Positions 50,337 through 62,348 are shown, counted from the stretch's first letter. The stretch is DNA of 64,000 nucleotides from an uncultured Nitrososphaerota archaeon (GCA_963701075.1 OY969559.1:96001-160000); one strand, 5' to 3'. Translations and numbers: made by a program. The notes: a model not told the origin generated them from the sequence alone.

Positions 50337-50772
50337 CCTTTATTGTGGCACCGCAAGGAAGTTTGAAGGCATAGATTGCAGTGAGCAGGGTCATTGCAAA
50401 AAGCAAGATGCCAATACCATTATGAATTGCAACTATTGTTGCCTTGAGTTGTGTGTTGATGACAATTGCACCAAGCACTATCTGCGATGCTGCAAAAACT
50501 GCTGCAAGCGTTCCAGTGATTCTAAGGTTCTTGTGAGAGCCTGCAACTTTCCAGCTTGCAACGGCAGTAACTATTATCATAACACCAGTCATTGCAGCAA
50601 TTAATCTATGAGTCCATTCTGTCAAGTATGCTGCAGAAGGTAAGAATCCGCTAGGGCATAGCGGCCATTGTGGACACGCAAGTCCCTGTCCACTTGACTC
50701 TAGATATCCACCAATGAACATTAGAGAATAAAGAATTACCAGCGAAGCAAGTGCGAGATATTTGAAGTACAT
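50326..50772 (-). CDS. short heme A synthase (COX15/CtaA family)
   Basis: GLACPQWPLC, EWTHRL, SQIVLGA, conserved His in last helix; in cox operon. Confidence 0.9.
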   Translation of the reverse strand: MYFKYLALASLVILYSLMFIGGYLESSGQGLACPQWPLCPSGFLPSAAYLTEWTHRLIAAMTGVMIIVTAVASWKVAGSHKNLRITGTLAAVFAASQIVLGAIVINTQLKATIVAIHNGIGILLFAMTLLTAIYAFKLPCGATIKASA

Positions 50773-51789
50773 TTATTTTTCTACGATAAAGTGTCCGTCC
50801 ATTCCAAGTGCTGCATGTCCTGGGACAGTACAGATGTAATGGTATAATCCTGGAGTGCCTGCAACAAATGTTACAGTACCGGTATCTCCTGGTTTCATTG
50901 GACTATCTGGAGTTTTGTACGCTGCATTCCAGACAACTCCGCTTGGATTGTTTGGATCTGTCACTATGCCAAATGCGTGAAACACCTTGCTTGGATTGCT
51001 CACGTTAATTGTAACTGTGTCACCAGAGTGTACTGTAATGTCTGGGTTTGTTCCTGTGCCTCCCGTTCCATTAAAGCCATATTTTGAAAAGTCAGAACTG
51101 ACCTCAAAAGCAAGTGAGAACGACTCTGTATTTCCATTTGCTGCTGCAGTGCCACCAGTTCCTGCAGGGATGCTACTGGCTCCGCTTCCTCCTCCCACAA
51201 TTATCTCTCCTTGCATGCCAAGTTCTCTGTGGCCTGGGACTGCGCAGATATAGTAGTAAGTTCCGGCAGATGCCGGAATAAATGTAACAGTGCCACTTTG
51301 TCCAGGCTTCATTGGGCTGTCAGCAGTTCCAATTGTAGTGCCGTCAATTGCAGGTCCTGGACCACTTGTTGATGCGGTAATTGCAAATGCATGAAATGAT
51401 TTACCACCGTTTGTTACAGAAAATACAATTTTATCTCCAATGCTTGCGTTAACAGTCGGATTAGCCCCTGGAGAACCTGTTGGCGCATCAAAGCCATACT
51501 TTGAGAAGTCAGGCGACTCTACAAATTTTAGTGAGACGTCAATCTCTTTTCCTGTAAATGTTCCTTGGGTAGATGATGGGCCGCTGCCGGAAGTTTGATT
51601 TGCAGCTTGTGCTTCCATTTGCTGTTCTTGAAGTTTACCTGCATTTGGCAAGTAAGAGTTCCAATAATCATAATGTGTGAAAAAGAGGGCGCCGCCTATT
51701 ACTTGGACACCGATAATAATTGCAAGCATCTTTCCAAGTCTTTTAGAGGAGGTCCTATTGATTGGAGTTTCGTGTTCGTTATGGCTCAT
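50773..51789 (-). CDS. membrane-anchored two-domain blue (type 1) copper protein
   Basis: Two ligand sets: HAF..CAVPGHRELGM and HAF..CTVPGHAALGM. Confidence 0.9.
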   Translation of the reverse strand: MSHNEHETPINRTSSKRLGKMLAIIIGVQVIGGALFFTHYDYWNSYLPNAGKLQEQQMEAQAANQTSGSGPSSTQGTFTGKEIDVSLKFVESPDFSKYGFDAPTGSPGANPTVNASIGDKIVFSVTNGGKSFHAFAITASTSGPGPAIDGTTIGTADSPMKPGQSGTVTFIPASAGTYYYICAVPGHRELGMQGEIIVGGGSGASSIPAGTGGTAAANGNTESFSLAFEVSSDFSKYGFNGTGGTGTNPDITVHSGDTVTINVSNPSKVFHAFGIVTDPNNPSGVVWNAAYKTPDSPMKPGDTGTVTFVAGTPGLYHYICTVPGHAALGMDGHFIVEK

Positions 51790-51790
51790 A

Positions 51791-53338
51791 TCAGTATCCT
51801 GAGTGGCCGCCGTGTGGATTCTTTGCTTCTACAGGATAGTAATACTTGCCACCAAGTCCCCATGGATCGTCCATATTGGCTGGCTTGCCTTTTGCGGCAT
51901 AGTATATCAATGAGGCTAAGAATACTGCAAAGCTTGCTCCAATTATCCACGCTCCAATTGTTGCAATCTGGTTTAGCTGTGTCCATGACGTAAATTCTGG
52001 CGGATAGTCATAGACTCTTCTTGGCATTCCTTCAAGACCAAGCAAGTGTTGTGTGAAGAACGTCTGAACAGTTCCCCAGAACATTGCGACAAAGTGAACG
52101 CTTGCCCATTTTTCGCTGTACATTCTTCCTGTGATATATGGGAACATGTAGTATATCATGGCTACAAATCCAAATCCAATTGTTCCTACAAGGAACAAGT
52201 GCATGTGGCCTACTACCCAATAAGTTCCGTGCGAGATAAAGTCTAACGGCATTGCAGAGTTTAGCACACCGCCAGCACCTGCAGAGAAAAATAACGCAAT
52301 TCCACCAACTGCAAACTTCATTGGAGCTGCAAATCTAATTCTGCCTCCCCACATTGTTGCAAGGAAGTTAAAGACATGCATTCCTGATGCAGGAACTGCA
52401 GCTAGAGTACCAATCATAAAGACTACCTTTGTTGTAAAGTCCATTCCAGTAGAGTACATGTGATGTCCCCAAGAGGCAAAGCCTATGATACCAAGCATGA
52501 CAAATGCAAAGACACCGGAGGCCTGACTGTATAGCGGCTTTCTTGAGAACCGTGGTATAATCTCATACATCATTCCAATTGATGGTAACAGGAATATGTA
52601 CACCTCAGGATGGAACGTGAACCAGAACAAATGCAAGTATGCAATTGGATCTCCGCCTGCAAATGGATTAAAGAACGCGGAAATTCCAAGTCTGTCGGTT
52701 AGCATCATGATAAGTGCCGCGGCATATGTTGGCATTGCAACAATTGTCATCAAGGAAACTGTAAACATTGACCATGCAAATAATGGAACTCTTCTCAATG
52801 GAAGGTCTGGGTGTTTGCATTTGAGAATTGTTACAACAAAGTTAATTGATGATAAAATTGAGGATATGCCAAGAATTTTCATACCAAATATGAACATGTC
52901 TGCAGCAGGCCCAGGTGCTCTGATTATAGAGTATGGAGCATATGAGACCCAACTCGTATCTGCAAATCCAAGCCAGAGTAGTGCACCACCAACTGGATTC
53001 ATCCAGAATGCGATTGCGTTAAGTTTTGGATACGCCATGTCTTTGTATCTAACCATGATTGGAACTAGATAGTTACCAATACCGTTTGCAACCGGCAGAG
53101 CAAACAGGAAGAGCATTGTCAGACCGTGAACTGTAAATATTCTGTTAAATGTTGCCGAGTCTGAGATTAGGACTCCTTCTCCTGGGAAGAACAAGTGTGT
53201 CCTGATTATCATGGCCAAAACTCCACCCATAAACAAGAATGTGAGACCGGTTATGGTATAGAGATAACCCACATCAGTGTGGTGTGTTGAAAACATTATC
53301 TGCCAGACTGGTCGTGGCTTTTGAAGTTCTAGTACCAT
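51791..53338 (-). CDS. coxA: heme-copper oxidase subunit I
   Basis: TVHG, WFTFHPEVY, WGHHMY, VVGHMH, GMPRR. Confidence 0.96.
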   Translation of the reverse strand: MVLELQKPRPVWQIMFSTHHTDVGYLYTITGLTFLFMGGVLAMIIRTHLFFPGEGVLISDSATFNRIFTVHGLTMLFLFALPVANGIGNYLVPIMVRYKDMAYPKLNAIAFWMNPVGGALLWLGFADTSWVSYAPYSIIRAPGPAADMFIFGMKILGISSILSSINFVVTILKCKHPDLPLRRVPLFAWSMFTVSLMTIVAMPTYAAALIMMLTDRLGISAFFNPFAGGDPIAYLHLFWFTFHPEVYIFLLPSIGMMYEIIPRFSRKPLYSQASGVFAFVMLGIIGFASWGHHMYSTGMDFTTKVVFMIGTLAAVPASGMHVFNFLATMWGGRIRFAAPMKFAVGGIALFFSAGAGGVLNSAMPLDFISHGTYWVVGHMHLFLVGTIGFGFVAMIYYMFPYITGRMYSEKWASVHFVAMFWGTVQTFFTQHLLGLEGMPRRVYDYPPEFTSWTQLNQIATIGAWIIGASFAVFLASLIYYAAKGKPANMDDPWGLGGKYYYPVEAKNPHGGHSGY

Positions 53339-53396
53339 GTCATTACCTCTATCTTTTCAAATGTTTCTAATGTACATAAAATGTTTTTGGTTATTT

Positions 53397-53825
53397 TCAA
53401 GTGGCGTTATCATCCTCCACTACAAGCGATCCTCTCATGTTATAGTGCAAAAGACCACAATATTCTCTGCATTGTATAGGATATGTCCCTACCGTATCCG
53501 GTGCAAACCATGCATGATTTACATGACCTGGAACTGCATCTTCGAAGACTACCCAGTCTGGAATGTTAAATGAGTGCATTACATCTCTTGAATAGATCTC
53601 AAAGACATATGCATGGCCCTTCTTGACATGCAGAGTGCTAATCTCCTTTGTTCCATCTGCATGCTCAAAGCTCCAGTACCACTGCTGACCGGTTACTTTG
53701 ATAACTTCGGCATCGGCTGGAACGTCTTCAACTGCTTTTTGAACTATCCAAGAATCTACACCGACATAACATAAAACTGCAATAACGATAGCAACAAAGA
53801 CCCACTCGGCGGTATCGTGACCCAT
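53397..53825 (-). CDS. coxB: heme-copper oxidase subunit II (CuA domain)
   Basis: GQQWYW, DVMHSF, CREYCGLLHYNM. Confidence 0.95.
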   Translation of the reverse strand: MGHDTAEWVFVAIVIAVLCYVGVDSWIVQKAVEDVPADAEVIKVTGQQWYWSFEHADGTKEISTLHVKKGHAYVFEIYSRDVMHSFNIPDWVVFEDAVPGHVNHAWFAPDTVGTYPIQCREYCGLLHYNMRGSLVVEDDNAT

Positions 53826-54137
53826 CTAATGACCGCCCTCGTCTTCATAGCTGCCAGCGGTTGGATCTTCAAGGTGTTCCCATTTGGTAGGAGTTTTGTT
53901 CTTTGGATTTGATTCTCTAAATCTCCAGCAAAGCCAGATTATTGTACCTGACACAATTGCGCCAACTGTAAATGCGGCAGTAGTCATTCTGAAGAACTCG
54001 TTCCACACCACTGCCCTTAGGTTGATGTATTGTTTTGGGGATGTTTGTTGTGCAAGCTGGGCATGTGCAAAGTAGATCTGGGGAACTAGGGCCAAAGCAA
54101 TTATCGTTATAATTGAAATAGCAATGAGGGTTTTCAT
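53826..54137 (-). CDS. small membrane subunit of cox operon (probable split N-terminal part of subunit II)
   Basis: Signal-like segment, TM helix and WRFRE; first gene of the operon. Confidence 0.75.
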   Translation of the reverse strand: MKTLIAISIITIIALALVPQIYFAHAQLAQQTSPKQYINLRAVVWNEFFRMTTAAFTVGAIVSGTIIWLCWRFRESNPKNKTPTKWEHLEDPTAGSYEDEGGH

Positions 54138-54576
54138 TTGCTGTTTTCACGTTCACTTCGCTTTCTATTTAAGCGTTTTGAAGATTGTCAGCGATCCATC
54201 AAGTTTTTTGAATATATTATAATGATCATATCTTTTTAAGAAAGTCATTCTTGCTCACACCATGAAAGTAACAAGTGTGCATGAGGACCCATACAAAAAA
54301 GGCGATCTAGACCGATCTTTAATTATTTAATGTACTATACATCAAAGAAAATTGCATCATAAAATTCTGGAATCATAATACGAAGTAATAGTATTCATTG
54401 ATGTAAAACGTCTTTCTCGATGTTTTACAGATACAAAAGATGGTAGAAATCCAGTTTAAGGCATTATCAGTTTTGTAAGACAAGCGAAGATTTCTCACAT
54501 AACTTCTCTGCAAAATAGATTTGAATCAAGTAACAGAATTCTTGTATTCCATAACTTTCGTTAGGAGTTTTCAGAT

Positions 54577-54600
54577 AAAAAGGAAAAGGGGGGAAAGTTA
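54577..54600 (-). terminator. pyrimidine-rich terminator of slaA
   Basis: Minus strand ctttccccccttttcctttt shortly after the stop codon. Confidence 0.45.
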
Positions 54601-54621
54601 GTTGTTTTTTGTATCTCTAGT

Positions 54622-57600
54622 CTACTGTACTGTGATAGTTGTACTCAATGGTGGCGACAGTGCGTTTGGATTGTCGATGCTCTGCCATACAAAGATTTGA
54701 GCAGTGTATGTGCCAGCTGTTGACGGAGTCCATGACTGGGCCGGGTTGAGTGACTGACCTGCAGACAGCGTACCTGTGATCCATGAGAGTGAGACAGTCA
54801 CACCGTTTGCATCCTGTATTTGTACAAGATATGCAAATGGCTGGTCTACGGTTTGTCCGTTAGCCAAATCAGCAGTCACTTGGATCTGCTGGCCTGTCTT
54901 GACGGTACCGTTGATTGCGTTGCCAAACGAGTCAACTATTCTTGGGTTGGTGGCCGGCGCTCTTTCGAGTGGAGGCACAACTGTACCAATGAATGTTGTC
55001 GCGGTCATGCGCAAGTCATCAGCCGTGGTGTATGGCGGAGGCAATGTTAGATCATCGTATTCGCCTGTTACTGTATCGCCTTGTGAGACGTGCAACCTGT
55101 TACCAGATGACTGGAAGTTGGTTGTAAAGTACACAGTACCTTGGAAGATACCGGTATCCTGGCCAGTCTCTGTCATGGTGAGTTTGATACCACCTGAATC
55201 AGAGTCAGACCACACGTTGGTGTCGAACTTGTCGATCGCCTTTGGATTGAGGTTCATGTCTGGGTCTACTATTTGCAATACTCCTTGACCGTTAACTGGG
55301 TAGCTTGCCTGTAACCATGAGACTTCACCGATGTTCCATCTGATCAATGCAGAGCCAGTAACTGTTTGATCTCTTGTGAATTCAAACGATACTGATACAC
55401 CGTCAGAGTCTTCTGCTGGGAGGAATCCGTTTGTTGGACCACAAGGCGTAGAGGCGGTACATGAGGAACCTGCGGTTCCACCTGTGCCGATTAGGCCTGT
55501 TGGTTCTGTTCCTTGTCCATCAACACCGCCGGTACCCTTGAGGGTTGGATCGCCGGTGAGGATGACATATCCAGTGAAGATACCTGTGTCGACTCCGGTT
55601 TCTGAGAGCTTGTAGTAGATCTGGTTGCCTCTAGTTGAGACGATAACCTGATCTTCGTCAGTCAGACCGATTGTGTCGATTAGGTTTGGATCAAAGTTGT
55701 GATCTGGTGCGACTACGGTAATGTAAACCATATCAGTCCAGGTGTATACCTTCTGGTCGAGTTCAACTGTTGCGCCAAAGTTAGACGTGTAGATTGTCAG
55801 CTCAATATCTTGGCTGTTTGAACCTACTGTCTTGGCACCTGCTGGACCCCAGTCAGTATATTCTAGGTTGATCTGTTCTCCTAATTCAAGCTGTGTAGTT
55901 CCCAGTTCTTCTGGAATCTTTATCACTGCTTGGAAGATACCTGTATCCTTACCAGTCTCTACAAATGTTGAGGGCTTGGCATCAAAGGACTCAAAGATAG
56001 ATTGGCTTGACGCTAGGTCAGCCAATGGACCCATGGTACCCTTGTATGCGTGTGAGTCCCACTCGATTAGATCAAGTGGTACTGTCTCAGCAGTTTGTGA
56101 GTCTAGGTTCAAGTCTGGTTCTACCAAGGTTAAGATCATGTCTGAACCAATGATATAGACGGACTTGTCGGATTGTAGTACACCGTTTCGTAAGTCAAAT
56201 GTTGCAGAGTCTGTGACAGTTCCAGGTTGACCTGATGCAGTTGCTGTATCATAGTATGTTACAGTTAGTACATCTCCCTGTCTTACACAGTAGCCGTTGT
56301 TGCCAGTTGCTAGTGTTGTATTCTCAAATCTTGAGCCAATGCTAGAACTAAAGCCAGCAGTACCGGTACTGATAGACGAGTCATAGTTGTCAACTACAGG
56401 ACAGTCGGTGCCTTGTGGACCGTCGGTTAGTTCTATTGGCAGGTTAGTCTGGAAGATTCCAGCGCCTGGTGAGATCTCAGCCATAGGGCCAAGATCTGGA
56501 ACTAATGCCCACAATGGTGAATTCAATGTGGGTAGCTGTGTATTGACCAAGTTCAGGATATGACCAGTAGTTTTTGCTGGACCACCTGCTGTTGCCAAGA
56601 GCACAGACTCACCTTGTCTTGTAATTTGGAACGCGACTGGACCGTTAGCTGAGCCAAAGACACCAGTATTGATGAAGTTGGTGCCTGAGCCAGATATGGT
56701 ATAGTCTGGGTCATTTACTCTTGCGTGCACAAGGACAATACCTGCTGGTAATGTCACTGCGTCCGTAACAGCAGAAGCTCCAGTTCCAAATGTTCTGACA
56801 AGTCCTGTTCCTGATAGATCTCTATGTAATGGGAATACACCGTTGAGGCTGCTAACAGTTGAGAGCAATGCATGGTTAGCATTAGATACATCATCAAAGT
56901 TTGCAGTTCCCAGTGTTGATGCTGTGTCTACTGTACCAAATGGTACTGGGTAGACAGATTTGTCCAACTTTACTGAGCCGGTGTTACCTCGGATACCAGC
57001 GTTGTCAGATACTTCAACCATTGTTCCAGATTGATCACGGAAGTCAACATAGTTGACCTTGACGTTCAATCCGTTGGTTGCAGTAGAGACGCCTGAAAGA
57101 CAGACGTGGTCTGGAATCTCAAATGTGCCTGTAAAGATGCCTGAACCTGCAGCAGTCTCAACTAGTGAGAATCCTGAGGCTGACAAGCTTGTTGCAAATC
57201 CACTAGGTGTTCCTGTGTTGTTGTCATCAGTTTGTGTGCTGGCAACAGCGCCGAAGCATTGGCTAGTATTTGGATTGGTTGGGACGTTTGAGTTAGACCA
57301 TCTCTGATCTGACTGACCCCATTGTACATCTAAGAGCCTGCCAATGGCTGAGCCATCAGAATATGTACCAAGACCTGATGCACCGATTGTATCGGTTGCT
57401 GGGTCTTGTGTACAATTGAAGCCTTTCTGGCCCGTGGCACATTGTGACGGGTTCGCGGCGACAGTCAAGCCAGCTTGTGGCGTAACTGCCGTATAGATTA
57501 CAACTAGGTCGTTGTTGGTATTCAAGTCTGGGTCGTTAACTGTAATTGTCACAGTGTCTCCTATCTTGTATGTCGTCTGGTCAAATGATACGGTTCCAGA

Positions 57601-60409
57601 GTGAGTTGGGATATCTTGCTGTGCAGATATCTGCGAGTTTACACCGTCAGCACCTAAATCTAGATAGGTTACTTGTGGTGCATTTGCGTCAGCCTGGATC
57701 ATATCTTGGATTGCTGCAAACAGAACATCGTGATTAATTGTCCTCAATTGGGTGTAGGTACTTGGGTTGAGAAGATTCAACTGGTTGAGCATCAGGAACT
57801 GTGTAGTTCCAGTAAAGACACCAGTGTTTGCACTGCTCTCTTGAAGCTCCCATCTGTAGATGGCGTTGTTTATTCTCTGGTTGTTATTTGTACCGTCTCC
57901 TACTATACCGATTGACATAAAGTCAGTAACCAGTGGCAAGTTCTTTGTAACAAAGCCATTGCCTGATGCACCAGCTACTGGCAGAACTGTTCCGCCAGTA
58001 GTAAATGAGTACATAAAGCCAAGGTCTGCTTTATTTGGAATGCCAAAGATTCTTTTTGCTATAACTGCTCCGTTGTCAACTACGCCAGGAGTGTATTGCA
58101 CATGATCAGTTGCAGTATTTGCATCTGGTTCATCTGCAGCAGTTCCTAGCTCGAGTGCCGTTCAAATTGACAAAGTCTTCCATATTGGTGTCATTTGCCA
58201 ATGAGATAAACACTGTATTTGCACATGTTGGTGCTGGACAGTTTCCGGCTATCTGTTCAACGGAGCCGTTGGTTGGGCTGATGAACGATGCTTTTCCAGT
58301 AGGTGAAGTGTCCACAGGAGCTGTGTTGTACGCCAAGAAGATTTGCACTGCTGTGGGGTCAACACCTGTCGCTCCGTTGAGGCTTGTTAGAGACCTCAAG
58401 TCAAAGTTGAGGAAGTTGAAACCATGGAATCTTGTTGTTGCAGTCGTTGTACCCGTTGCTGGGTTGTTGATTGTGTTCAACAAGGTCTGCATGGTTGCAC
58501 CCGTATCAAGAACGAGACCACCAGTGTTTTGTATTGTTGGGGTATTTGTTGATACTTGGAATGCTGGGACTACTCTGTTACTGAATTGTTCATCTACACC
58601 ATTGTCTGGATCGGTTGAAGAAGATGTGATGGAACTAGAACCGTTGAAGCCAAGTATGATTGTACCGTTAGCAAATTTACCTATTCCAAGGTTAATTTTA
58701 GATACAAAGATACCTGGATCAATGGCACCTGTTAGACAGGTGGGACAACCGCTGTTCAATGAGAATGGAGTTCCAATCTTCATTGTAGAGATTCTTCCTA
58801 CGTTACCATCATAATCATTGAGGTATTGATCAACTTTTGAGTTCGTGTTTGCGTTGTTATCCGTTAGTGTGACTGGAATTCTTGTACCTGATGACCAAGT
58901 GCCGTTTGCTGCAGTCATTGTAATTGTGCCAAATGAATAGCCGCCTACGATGCTTCCTCCAAGTTCATTATAGTTGAAGGTTGCAGACTGGCCTCTAATT
59001 GACTGTCCAAGTCCAGATTGCTCTGATGGAGTTAATGTTACAATGTCTGCTGTATGACTACCGTCCCAGTTGCCAAAGACACCTGTACTCACACCACCTT
59101 GTTCAAGGAATGTGATAGGCTCTGAACCAGCGTTGAAGCTAAGTCCAGTGTCTTGTACTGTGGTTGGATCACCACGTCCGCCACTTGCAATCACTTGTAG
59201 TCCGTTTTTCTGGAAGTCTACAACTCGGACGGCTTGTGCTTTCGGATTGAAAGTAAATGCGCCGTTGTGATTGAAGTTCATGGAGGTTAGGTTTCCAATC
59301 AGGTTCTGCATGGCTGGTGAACTTGCTGGTGCCTGAGGCATCAACGTGTTTCCTGCGCCACCAGATGCTGCTGAACCTAGTATACCGTCAGCCGCGACTC
59401 CACCGTTCTTGTTAAATGCTTCATAGAACAGTGTATTGTTCGTAGGGTTTGCACCCCATGTCCACGAGTCTGGGTCTGTCGGGTCTACGTTAAGCTGTGG
59501 GTCGTTCATAGTCAAGAACACTTGTGCGTTATCTGGATAGGATGTCCTATCTGGAGTTACGCTGATCAAGTTACTAGGAATTCTATCAAAAGTCAGGTTG
59601 ACGACTTGGTCGCCACCTGCAGCTGAATAGTCAACTGTTACTGGACTTGGAATAGCTGAGAAATCATATAGCTGGATTACTGGCCATATTTGTTCATATG
59701 CGCCGCTTGCGGCAAAGCCGTTACCGGCATTTGAACCAGTACCTGAACCGACAGTGCTCAGAGTCTTGTTCTCTCTGATCACATTTTCGGTGGTATTTTG
59801 ACTTACTGGGTTACCATTGATATCACCAGTTATTACAGCCGGAATAGTACACACATTGCTGAGTGCACCAATCGATGTTATCGAAAATGGTGATATTGGG
59901 TTTGTTGCAGCGCTTCCAGAAGTGGCATTACTGATTGCGTTTCTTGCAATAGTAAATCCTTTGGTGTTTGAATAATCAAGACCAGATCTCACTCCACCTA
60001 CGCTAGATGTTGGACCACAGAAGAAACCAAAGTTAAGACCTTTGCCAGCTACTGGAGCAGTCTTGCCTGCAATTTCAGCTTGATTTCTATCAGCAAAGTA
60101 TCCATACCAGTTACCGTCTGTACCCTGTGCCATTCTCAGTCTCTTACCGTTGACGTTCACGAGTGGTTCACCGTATGCTTGATTCAATTGTGATATGTTT
60201 GGATCAGATACGATTACTTGAACCACATCTGGACCGGCAAAGTAATTGTTGAACTGAGAGTTTTCAGCAGAGACAAACAAGTTAGGATGTGATGCTACCT
60301 GAGCGTGTGCTGCTGGCATTGCGTTTGGCAATGCAAATGCAGCGCTGCTCATAAGTAGTATAGTTAATAGTGATAGACTAGTTATTTTTCTTATTAGATT
60401 GTTGTACAT
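54622..60409 (-). CDS. slaA: S-layer protein SlaA (~1928 aa), split by apparent +1 frameshift at ~58152
   Basis: Signal peptide, NLFVSAENSQFNNYFAGP, repeated Ig modules (ETG.DTGIF.G); the two ORFs join as NGT(E/Q)LGTAADEPDANTATDHVQYTPG. Confidence 0.9.
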
Positions 60410-60437
60410 AGTTATTGTAATTTTTGCACGATTTTAG

Positions 60438-60450
60438 ATATATAAGTATA
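60438..60450 (-). promoter_or_regulatory. TATA box of slaA
   Basis: TTATATAT on the minus strand about 29 nt upstream of ATG 60409. Confidence 0.55.
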
Positions 60451-60584
60451 ATGGATGATTTGTTCACTTTTTGTGCAAAGATCATTTTATTTTGAATCTG
60501 GGAGCAACAATTATGAATAATCCACAAAGCTGCATCATAGATTTTACAATTTTGGTCATTTTTGTCAGATCGATGTAAGATTCC

Positions 60585-61460
60585 TTACTGCCGCTCACGC
60601 ATTAGTGTTGCCATTGAAAATAATATCACTGCCGTGACACATAAAATGGTCCCAACCAGAAATAAAATTATTGCAGCCATAAGCGAGCCCAAAAAGATTA
60701 CCTGCTTGTTAAGATATGCATTAAGGAACTGGTAGCCAATGATGGAACCTGCAATTACAAGAGCTATACCTGGAAGCCCGTAAAATGGAATTGGGTGTTT
60801 TACTGAAATAAATTTCAATGTATTCATCAGTACTGCGATACCATGCGGGACCGGGTTTTGCGTTGACGTGTCACCGTTATAGGATACAGTGATTGGAACT
60901 TCGGCCAAGCTTAATCCCTTGTTTGATATCTTTAGCAAAATTTCAGTTGATACTGACATGCCTGTTTCCGTTGGATGAATTGACTCTATTGCCTGCTTTG
61001 AGTATGCACGAAACCCGGACTGGGCATCACTTACCTTAAAGTCAGCTCCAAAGTTTGCAGCTGATGTTATAATTTTAATTCCCTGCCTTCGGTATCCTGG
61101 CGTACTGGAACTTTTGTCCAAGAATCTAGAACCGAGTACAACATCTACATTGTTTTCTTTTAACGTATCAAGCAAGAGTGGAATCTGATCAGGATTGTGT
61201 TGTCCGTCGCCGTCAATTGTTACCATGATATCGGCATTTTCCTGTCTTGCCCTGTCAAATAGTGTGATGATTGCTGCGCCATAGCCTTCATTTTTTTTGT
61301 GCGATATTACTGTCGCGCCGCTCTGCTTTGCAATTTTTGCCGTACTGTCAGTAGAGCCATCATCGCACACAATTACCTTATCTGCATGTTTTAGCGAGAG
61401 CCTTACCATATCTCCAATTACCTTTTCTTCGTTGTATGCCGGAATGCAGACAAGATTCAT
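60585..61460 (-). CDS. GT2 glycosyltransferase (DPM synthase-like) with C-terminal TM helices
   Basis: IPAYNEE, DDGSTD, DGDGQH, DAQSGFRA; ATG overlaps the epimerase stop (ATGA). Confidence 0.92.
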   Translation of the reverse strand: MNLVCIPAYNEEKVIGDMVRLSLKHADKVIVCDDGSTDSTAKIAKQSGATVISHKKNEGYGAAIITLFDRARQENADIMVTIDGDGQHNPDQIPLLLDTLKENNVDVVLGSRFLDKSSSTPGYRRQGIKIITSAANFGADFKVSDAQSGFRAYSKQAIESIHPTETGMSVSTEILLKISNKGLSLAEVPITVSYNGDTSTQNPVPHGIAVLMNTLKFISVKHPIPFYGLPGIALVIAGSIIGYQFLNAYLNKQVIFLGSLMAAIILFLVGTILCVTAVILFSMATLMRERQ

Positions 61461-62348
61461 ATCTTGAAAAGATTCTGCACCCACTCTTCTAATTTAGTTT
61501 CCGGTTCCCAACCAAGTAATCTTTTAGCTAAAGAGATATCAGCCTGACTTGCCCTCACGTTTCCCTCCGGTTCCTTTTGAAATATTGGCTCTAGGTTCTT
61601 TTTTGAGTATTTTATGAAAAGATTAGCTGAGATCAAGAATTGAGGTGGTAGTACCAGAACCGATATTGATGAAAGCAGAGCCTGTATCTTTTTCCATCGC
61701 AGATATCGTTGCACGTACTACATCTCCAACGAAGACAAAGTCTCGCAGCTGTTGACCGTCGCCATCTATTACCGGCGGCTTGTTTGCAATTATGTTTTGG
61801 TAAAATCTAGATATTACACCAGATGATGATATTGCCGGATTGTTTCCATATACGTTATAGTAACGCAGTCCCACTAGATCGCATTTGTATTTTTTTGCCA
61901 AGAGCTCGGCTTTGAGCTTTGTGACACCGTATGGGTTTACAGGTTTTAGTTCTGCAGATTCTAGAGTCGGTATTGTACTTGTGTTTCCATATACGCCTGC
62001 GCTGCTTGCAAACACTACCTTTGTGCCAGTCTTCTGCGCTATCTCAAATATGTTCTTGGTTCCATTCACGTTGACATCAAAGTACTCCTTTTCTTTTTGG
62101 TATGATTGTATAACAGATGTCAGTGCGGCATGGTGAAATATTCCGTCCTTTCCTGCAAGTATGTCAAGTTCTGAATCGTTGCGGATGTCAATATTGTGAA
62201 ATTTTATCTTGTCTTCAATACCAGACAAGTTAGAGCGGTTTCCCGTAGATAGATTGTCAATTACATCTACCTTGTGCCCTTGCTGCAATAATAGCTTGGT
62301 AAGGTTACTGCCTATGAACCCTGCACCGCCAGTTACGACATAATCCAA
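61457..62348 (-). CDS. NAD-dependent sugar epimerase/dehydratase; apparent +1 frameshift at ~61629
   Basis: TGGAGFIGS, YGVTK, RDFVFVGDV; tail ANLFIKYSKK..SQADISLAKRLLGWEPETKLEEW in the adjacent frame. Confidence 0.9.

Noticed and set aside
54140-54575. Possible small ORF or decayed gene between slaA and the cox operon (MKVTSVHEDPYKKGDLDRSLII*)
   Set aside because: Short, no motif, no clear continuation.
58110-58814. 234-aa plus-strand ORF and other antisense ORFs over slaA, the CoA ligases, glmM, infB and coxA
   Set aside because: Shadow ORFs opposite well-supported genes, with no recognisable motifs.
54622-60409. slaA (and the other four split genes) as genuine pseudogenes or programmed frameshifts
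   Set aside because: Each has a single extra base at AGCT, no other decay and no slippery heptamer; slaA is probably essential. A sequencing artefact is more parsimonious.
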